DNA from: an uncultured bacterium
GTDB taxonomy: Bacteria; Krumholzibacteriota; Krumholzibacteriia; Krumholzibacteriales; Krumholzibacteriaceae
Length of the DNA: 64,000 nucleotides
NCBI GenBank assembly: GCA_964457905.1
Contig: CAYWGA010000003.1
Coordinates: 684-64,683, forward strand
Direction of reading: 5' to 3'
In this document: positions 59,076 to 64,000 of the stretch, in pieces
Position numbering within the stretch: the stretch's first letter is position 1
How the letters are laid out: every line of letters begins with the position of its first letter
Translations under genes and position numbers: made by a program
The notes under the pieces: model-generated
Seen by the model: only the letters and a program-made list of their open reading frames with translations
The model's database searches: none
Told to the model about the DNA's origin: nothing

Positions 59076-60610
59076 ACCGGGCGAGCGGCATAAGTGTTCT
59101 TCTTGTGATCGGCGTGGCGCTGGTGTCTCTGTCACTACCGGCGTGGTGCGAGGAGAGCGCGGCCTCGGAGCCGGACTCTTCGTTGAGTTACCGGTGGGGA
59201 GCGGTCTATACGAGCCTGATAGAGTTAAGAGAGAAGGGCTATTATTTCCCCTGGAACGATCCATCCTCTCACTCGTATCTGACTGATCGTGTATCCCTGA
59301 TGTTTGATGCTGAATATGCGAAAAGTCTCCATTTTTTTATAAAGGGGACTACAGGAGTCCGGGGAGGTCCCAAGGATGAGGGAGTTTATCAAAGCCGATT
59401 CTATATCGACCAGGGACATATCTCCGCAAACTGGCAGGACCGGGTTACGGGAAAACTGTTTATCAGGGAAAGAGCATTCCGCAACCGGAACAGGTTGATC
59501 TACATCGTATCGAACGACTCGTGGCTGATCAGGCAGCGTGGAGAAGGATACGATATCGCCGTGATGACTCCGGGTCCGTTCCTGCTCACTTATACCGGCG
59601 CAGTTTTCAGGGATTCACGGGAGCAGAAACAGTACTTCGGACTGCCTCCTGGAGATATGGAGGGTGCATTTCTCAACCTCTTCGAGGGAGGGATTCAGCG
59701 CGATTTTTGGCACGCGGGGCTGACAATCTCAGATGTCAGGTCGAATAAACCACATAGTTACCTTGAAATGTATTCAGCTATGTATGGACTGGACGCCGGA
59801 GTCGGCCTTGCGGGCGGCAGGATAAACCTGGAATTTGCGCGTTCCGCGGCCAGCTGGAGCGACTTCGAAGACGATCTCTTCGGATTTGACTTCGAGGCTA
59901 TGGAATGGGGAAATATAAGTGCTGGGCTCCCCGAGGATGGTGTGCTGGCGGCCGAGTGGACCGGATTGGCCATACATACCGAAGGTGCCGGCAGATTCGG
60001 GATTACTCCCGGATACCGTTACTCGGGATCTTGGTACAGGGATTATATCGGAGAAGTCAATCGTGCGATCGTTGAAAGCTATATCGAGACATGGTGGAAG
60101 CACCCGAAGCTCGCATCTCTAGTTACGGTCAAGGCAGGAGACAGGTACGACTACAGGACAGGGAAAGGAGGAGGCGTGCTGGAGACCTCTGTCTGGACGA
60201 GGCTGAAAGGAGGGCTCGAGACGACGGCGAGAGCCTTCTTCGCGGAAGGATACCGCCCTGTAATGATAGTCTCCACGGTCGATGACAACAACCTGACTCG
60301 TCTGCAGATGACAGCGAGGCTCGATGATACGGGAGGGGAGAGCGAGTTTTCATTCCTAACGGAGGTCGGTGTCAATCTGGGAAGGAGATGGACGCTCGGT
60401 GGCTCGGTCTACCTTGAGAGGTCAGTTTCAGGATTCTATTCAGCCGATATCGAGATGAGGGGGAGCAAGAGGTTCGTGTTCAAAGCCTCTGCAGGTACTT
60501 ATAATCCGGGCAGGACCTATGCCAGTCTTAACTACGATCCCTCTCTACCGGCAACCAATAAAGTTATGACGATCTCGTTCTACACGAGGATCTGGCTCGG
60601 AGGAATATAA
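59072..60610 (+). CDS. large secreted/outer-membrane protein (512 aa), hypothetical
   Basis: Signal peptide and beta-rich aromatic composition. Translationally coupled to its neighbours. Confidence 0.5.
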   Translation: MNRASGISVLLVIGVALVSLSLPAWCEESAASEPDSSLSYRWGAVYTSLIELREKGYYFPWNDPSSHSYLTDRVSLMFDAEYAKSLHFFIKGTTGVRGGPKDEGVYQSRFYIDQGHISANWQDRVTGKLFIRERAFRNRNRLIYIVSNDSWLIRQRGEGYDIAVMTPGPFLLTYTGAVFRDSREQKQYFGLPPGDMEGAFLNLFEGGIQRDFWHAGLTISDVRSNKPHSYLEMYSAMYGLDAGVGLAGGRINLEFARSAASWSDFEDDLFGFDFEAMEWGNISAGLPEDGVLAAEWTGLAIHTEGAGRFGITPGYRYSGSWYRDYIGEVNRAIVESYIETWWKHPKLASLVTVKAGDRYDYRTGKGGGVLETSVWTRLKGGLETTARAFFAEGYRPVMIVSTVDDNNLTRLQMTARLDDTGGESEFSFLTEVGVNLGRRWTLGGSVYLERSVSGFYSADIEMRGSKRFVFKASAGTYNPGRTYASLNYDPSLPATNKVMTISFYTRIWLGGI

Positions 60611-60612
60611 AG

Positions 60613-62550
60613 GTGAATCGTTTCGAGTCTGCAATTCTAATCCTCTTATGCGCATCGGCTATTGCAATGACCGCGCCGGTGCCGGTATGGGCCTCAATCG
60701 AGGTCGACGAGGAGGAGGTAGTATTCAGGCTGGATGATCAGGGCGCCGCCAAGGTATTTCTCACGGGTGATTTCAACAACTGGAACCCGAAGATGGACAG
60801 CATGGTAAAGCGCGGCGGTGCATGGGAACTCAGGCTCTACCTGGTCCCTGGAAGGTACAGATACATGTTTGTCGTCGACGGGGTGAACCTGCCCGACCCG
60901 GACAACCCGAACAAGGACGCTGACGGAAACACCTTCTTTATATTCGTAGAGGAGGAGGGTGTCTATAAGATCGTCTATGAGGTCACCGAAACAGGTGAGA
61001 GGAAGATAGATGAGAAATACGAGCCATATGGAGCCATGACAGCTACGGCTGTGGAGGATTACGGTCTCTTTACGGCATCAGCAGGAGTAGATGGTGAGAT
61101 AGACGGAACCATCCACGGCAATATCCTGATCGGAGCGGAATACGAGACTACTGCGGAGGAACCGATCAAAGCGTACCTGGTAAGGGCGAAGGGCGAATGG
61201 GTAACTGAGAAGTTCCAACTCGGAGCCTTCCACAGGTCCGGCAGAATCGGATTCGATGATCCCCTGTCGCTTTTCACGGATGTCGGTCCATACGCATATC
61301 CGCTCGATCTCTTCTGCAGAGGCGCCGAAGCATCGGCCGGATGGGAGAACTCGATCGAGGGGCGGATCTTCTTTGCCAACAGGATCGACTCGTACAAGTC
61401 AGGATTGAATCTTTTTCACTCATACCCGACATTCGAATATAGATCTCCAGTAGATAAGGACATGATAGGTGCTGATATCAAGGGCTCTTTCGGATCCTTC
61501 CGGCTTGAATACCTGCTGCGCTATGACAATGGACCTGAAATGTACTATGAGTTCGAGGATGGAACGGATGTTATGGGTTACGGTAAAAGGACCTCACACG
61601 GACTCTTGTTCGAATTCGGCAAGGATGACTGGCCGGTTCTGAAGCTCCAACATCTTTCGGGCGCTACAAGTCTTGAAGCTGGCCAGATCATTTACCCCGA
61701 TACACTTGAAACGGGGAAGGGCCCTTCGGACTATGATAGGGACTGGAAGGAAGGATATCGGGCCCTTGCGGGGATCTCATGGTCGAAGGGGCCGTTGTGG
61801 ATGCAGCTCGAGTGGCAGAGGACGACAATGGAACGGAAGCTTGACCACGAATACTACTGGGACGATGCGGAGATGGATATATATGGTGCTGGATTAAAAT
61901 ACGACACAAAAATGATGAACATCGGTTTCGATATCGACTTTATCGATTTCAGTGGTTCAGGCGGGCAGGGATTGACATTCTGGCTGAGCGGCTCGAATTT
62001 CTGGCTCGACGGAGATATGATCAGGACGGAGCTTCTCCAATTTCTTGAGTCGAAGAGGATGTGGAGGACCGTGCTTGAGCTAGAGGAAAGCGGAGTCGAT
62101 GTTATCCCCGGGCCCTATCGTCTGGAGGGCTATCTTAAAGCAAAGGCTAACTGGGATACGGAGGAATCGAGGAGTATGTTCGAGATATCAGGAGGGAAGG
62201 GTATCCGCGCCGGTTCGTATCTATCACTTCATACGGACCTGAGGTATGTCTCCTACAGCGACGATCGCTGGGTAGGTGAGAGCAACTTCTTCGATATCTG
62301 GGCAGGGCTTCGAGGTTCGCTCGGGGGTTCAGGATGGGCAGCGCTGGGAATAGGAGTAGCCCCTCACAGGTTCGACAGATGGTACTTCGGCTTCACTGGA
62401 GACGGGAGGGAGAACTACCTTCTCGACCAGGATTTCTTCGAAACCCATAGCTGGACCGCAGATCCTGATCCGCTGGGTTCATTGGGAGAGGCGGAGAAAC
62501 AACTCTCCGAAGAGTGGAGATTGAGCTTTGAAGCGGGATTTTCCTTCTGA
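60613..62550 (+). CDS. outer-membrane beta-barrel protein with N-terminal CBM48/AMPK-type glycogen-binding (E-set) domain
   Basis: Signal peptide, then VVFRLDDQGAAKVFLTGDFNNWNP ... PGRYRYMFVVDGVNLPDPDNP (CBM48 signature). A long beta-rich body ends in the C-terminal ...GFSF typical of OM barrels. Confidence 0.55.
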   Translation: MNRFESAILILLCASAIAMTAPVPVWASIEVDEEEVVFRLDDQGAAKVFLTGDFNNWNPKMDSMVKRGGAWELRLYLVPGRYRYMFVVDGVNLPDPDNPNKDADGNTFFIFVEEEGVYKIVYEVTETGERKIDEKYEPYGAMTATAVEDYGLFTASAGVDGEIDGTIHGNILIGAEYETTAEEPIKAYLVRAKGEWVTEKFQLGAFHRSGRIGFDDPLSLFTDVGPYAYPLDLFCRGAEASAGWENSIEGRIFFANRIDSYKSGLNLFHSYPTFEYRSPVDKDMIGADIKGSFGSFRLEYLLRYDNGPEMYYEFEDGTDVMGYGKRTSHGLLFEFGKDDWPVLKLQHLSGATSLEAGQIIYPDTLETGKGPSDYDRDWKEGYRALAGISWSKGPLWMQLEWQRTTMERKLDHEYYWDDAEMDIYGAGLKYDTKMMNIGFDIDFIDFSGSGGQGLTFWLSGSNFWLDGDMIRTELLQFLESKRMWRTVLELEESGVDVIPGPYRLEGYLKAKANWDTEESRSMFEISGGKGIRAGSYLSLHTDLRYVSYSDDRWVGESNFFDIWAGLRGSLGGSGWAALGIGVAPHRFDRWYFGFTGDGRENYLLDQDFFETHSWTADPDPLGSLGEAEKQLSEEWRLSFEAGFSF

Positions 62551-62574
62551 TAGAATCGTTTTTTCGGAGGATGG

Positions 62575-62967
62575 ATGAAGATACCTGTTATATTGAGAGT
62601 ACTCACTGTGGCCTCCGTGCTGCTTCTGGCGGCCGGGTCATGCAGCTATATAGATAAGTCGGTCGAATCTCCCGTGCTGAAAGAGGGGACCGTCGAGTTC
62701 AGGTATACATCCTCTTCAGCCAAAACGCTCCAGGTTGCCGGCGACTGGAACAACTGGGGAGAGGGTGACGCCGAGCAGGGTGAGGTGCTCGTTGGCCTGA
62801 TGGAAAAAGGCAAGGGTGACATCTGGAGCCTGACACAGGAACTGCCGCCGGGAAGACATCGTTACTATTTTCTATTGAACGAGACTCAGAGGATTCTTGA
62901 TCCAGCCAATCCGAGAGTCGCGGACGATCCATGGGGAGGGAAGGCAAATCTGCTGATTGTGCCGTAA
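62575..62967 (+). CDS. small lipoprotein consisting of one CBM48/AMPK-type glycogen-binding domain
   Basis: Lipobox (LAAGSC). VEFRY ... VAGDWNNWGEG ... PGRHRYYFLLNE ... DPANP. Confidence 0.6.
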   Translation: MKIPVILRVLTVASVLLLAAGSCSYIDKSVESPVLKEGTVEFRYTSSSAKTLQVAGDWNNWGEGDAEQGEVLVGLMEKGKGDIWSLTQELPPGRHRYYFLLNETQRILDPANPRVADDPWGGKANLLIVP

Positions 62968-62969
62968 TC

Positions 62970-63356
62970 ATGAGAAAATTCAGAATAATCGTGATCCTCG
63001 TTCTAGCTGCCGCAGCTCTTTATTCTACCGGATGCGGGGTGGCCGGGGGCCCGGCCGGGAGCGTCGAGCCTACCGCCGGTCCACAGGTCACGCCTGAAGG
63101 CGTGAGATTTTCCCTCTATTCCACCAAGATAAAGAAGGTCAATATCGCCGGGACCTTCAATAACTGGTCGATGACGGCCGATCCTCTCTATGACAGGGAC
63201 GGGTCCGGGATGTGGGCGATCGTGCTGCCGCTTCCTCCTGGAAAGTACGAGTACAAGTTCATCATCGACAGTGAAGAATGGATTCCTGATCCGGCAAATC
63301 CGACGACCACCGATGACGGCTTCGGTGGATACAACTCTGTCATATCGGTGGAATGA
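62970..63356 (+). CDS. small lipoprotein consisting of one CBM48/AMPK-type glycogen-binding domain (paralog)
   Basis: Lipobox (YSTGC). VRFSLY ... IAGTFNNWSM ... PGKYEYKFIIDSEEWIPDPANP. The start is set at the ATG giving a proper signal peptide. Confidence 0.6.
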   Translation: MRKFRIIVILVLAAAALYSTGCGVAGGPAGSVEPTAGPQVTPEGVRFSLYSTKIKKVNIAGTFNNWSMTADPLYDRDGSGMWAIVLPLPPGKYEYKFIIDSEEWIPDPANPTTTDDGFGGYNSVISVE

Positions 63357-63423
63357 CAGCCCCCCGGATTTCGCCTGAATTCTTAACATCCTCTAAATCG
63401 GAGGCTTACAGAGTGACATATTG

Positions 63424-63452
63424 TTGCAATTTGCCGCGGTATGTGCTAATTT
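63424..63452 (+). promoter_or_regulatory. sigma-70-like promoter TTGCAA-N17-TAATTT followed by about 275 nt with no ORF before the next gene
   Basis: Hexamers with 17-nt spacing. The downstream region contains a small hairpin (CGGCC-ATGAAAA-GGCCG). No ORF was detected there. Confidence 0.25.
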
Positions 63453-63727
63453 GTCCTGAATCGTCTGCTGTATTCTGCGGCGCTGAGTCTCGGCATGGAA
63501 AAGAGATTCATGTGTCTACGGTGGATAATCGGCCATGAAAAGGCCGATATTTGGGCCGCTTTTAGTTCAACATATTGTAGAAACAGCAGTTAGCGAGCCC
63601 CAATCATACCCCTGAGCCTGAAAAGGGCACTGGGTAGGTATGTCCCCATACGGACGGATAAGCTTCATCTGGGCCGGTTAAGACGGTTCCGAATGTGGCA
63701 TATACCTTGCCCCTGTATAGGTGAATC

Positions 63728-64000
63728 ATGTCCGGACCGATTCATAATGCTTCCGCTGGAAGACCGGCAAAAAAGCCGGAGAAAAGGCTCCTGAAGGGGC
63801 TTCTGCTAGCAGTATGCCTTCTTGGGGGAATTCTCTTTTCTACGGCGGCGCATGCCCAGAGCGGCACAGCGATCATAATCCCCTCGACAGATGTAACTGC
63901 CGGCTCTTCAGGGACCTGGACGATCAGGTACACGGCAGCGAACAACTTCTCGACTGGTGTCGTGAGGCTGGTGATCCCGTCCGGATGGTCCACTCCTCAG
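63728..64000 (+). CDS. secreted protein, hypothetical (3' partial, runs off the window)
   Basis: ATG followed by a K-rich n-region and signal peptide (LLLAVCLLGGILFSTAAHA). The frame is open to nt 64000. Confidence 0.4.
   Translation, partial: MSGPIHNASAGRPAKKPEKRLLKGLLLAVCLLGGILFSTAAHAQSGTAIIIPSTDVTAGSSGTWTIRYTAANNFSTGVVRLVIPSGWSTPQ

Noticed and set aside
1-64000. CRISPR arrays, tRNA/rRNA genes, transposases or integrases
   Set aside because: No arrays of regularly spaced direct repeats, no tRNA-like T-arm/acceptor structures outside CDSs, and no transposase- or integrase-like ORFs were seen. Intergenic regions are short except for those discussed.

Overview
High-GC (~60%) bacterial chromosomal segment. 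Gene order is almost entirely co-directional on the + strand; only rlmN and an lpxH-like gene lie on the - strand. The content points to a Gram-negative of the FCB superphylum (Gemmatimonadetes-, Fibrobacteres- or candidate-phylum-like). At least five secreted proteins end in a type IX secretion (T9SS) C-terminal sorting domain (NPFNP ... GVYFY motif block). Two small FadL/PorV/PorQ-like outer-membrane barrels, an Omp85 protein and many lipoproteins are also present. Housekeeping blocks: rlmN; hisS-aspS; recO-glyQ-glyS; phoH-pgpH-ybeY-corC-DUF502; mgtE; ppdK; a sigma-70-family factor followed by an M23 peptidase and an AMIN/LysM cell-wall amidase. Accessory or unusual parts: (i) a sigma-54 regulatory island (orphan NtrC-type regulator, small secreted acidic protein, giant TPR-GAF sigma-54 activator, ~1 kb non-coding gap, and a near-perfect sigma-54 promoter in front of a lipoprotein/T9SS-cargo/PorV-like unit); (ii) a promoter- and terminator-bounded block of four giant secreted proteins at 41.5-50.5 kb, two of them paralogous lipoproteins; (iii) a tightly coupled 6-7 gene envelope operon at 57.6-63.4 kb encoding DUF4388, a FadL/PorQ-like barrel, a large OM protein, and three CBM48/AMPK-type glycogen-binding modules, one fused to an outer-membrane beta-barrel. 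No tRNA, rRNA, CRISPR array, transposase or integrase was recognised. Coordinates of features located by hand counting (promoters, terminators, repeats) may be off by 1-2 nt. CDS coordinates follow the supplied ORF track.
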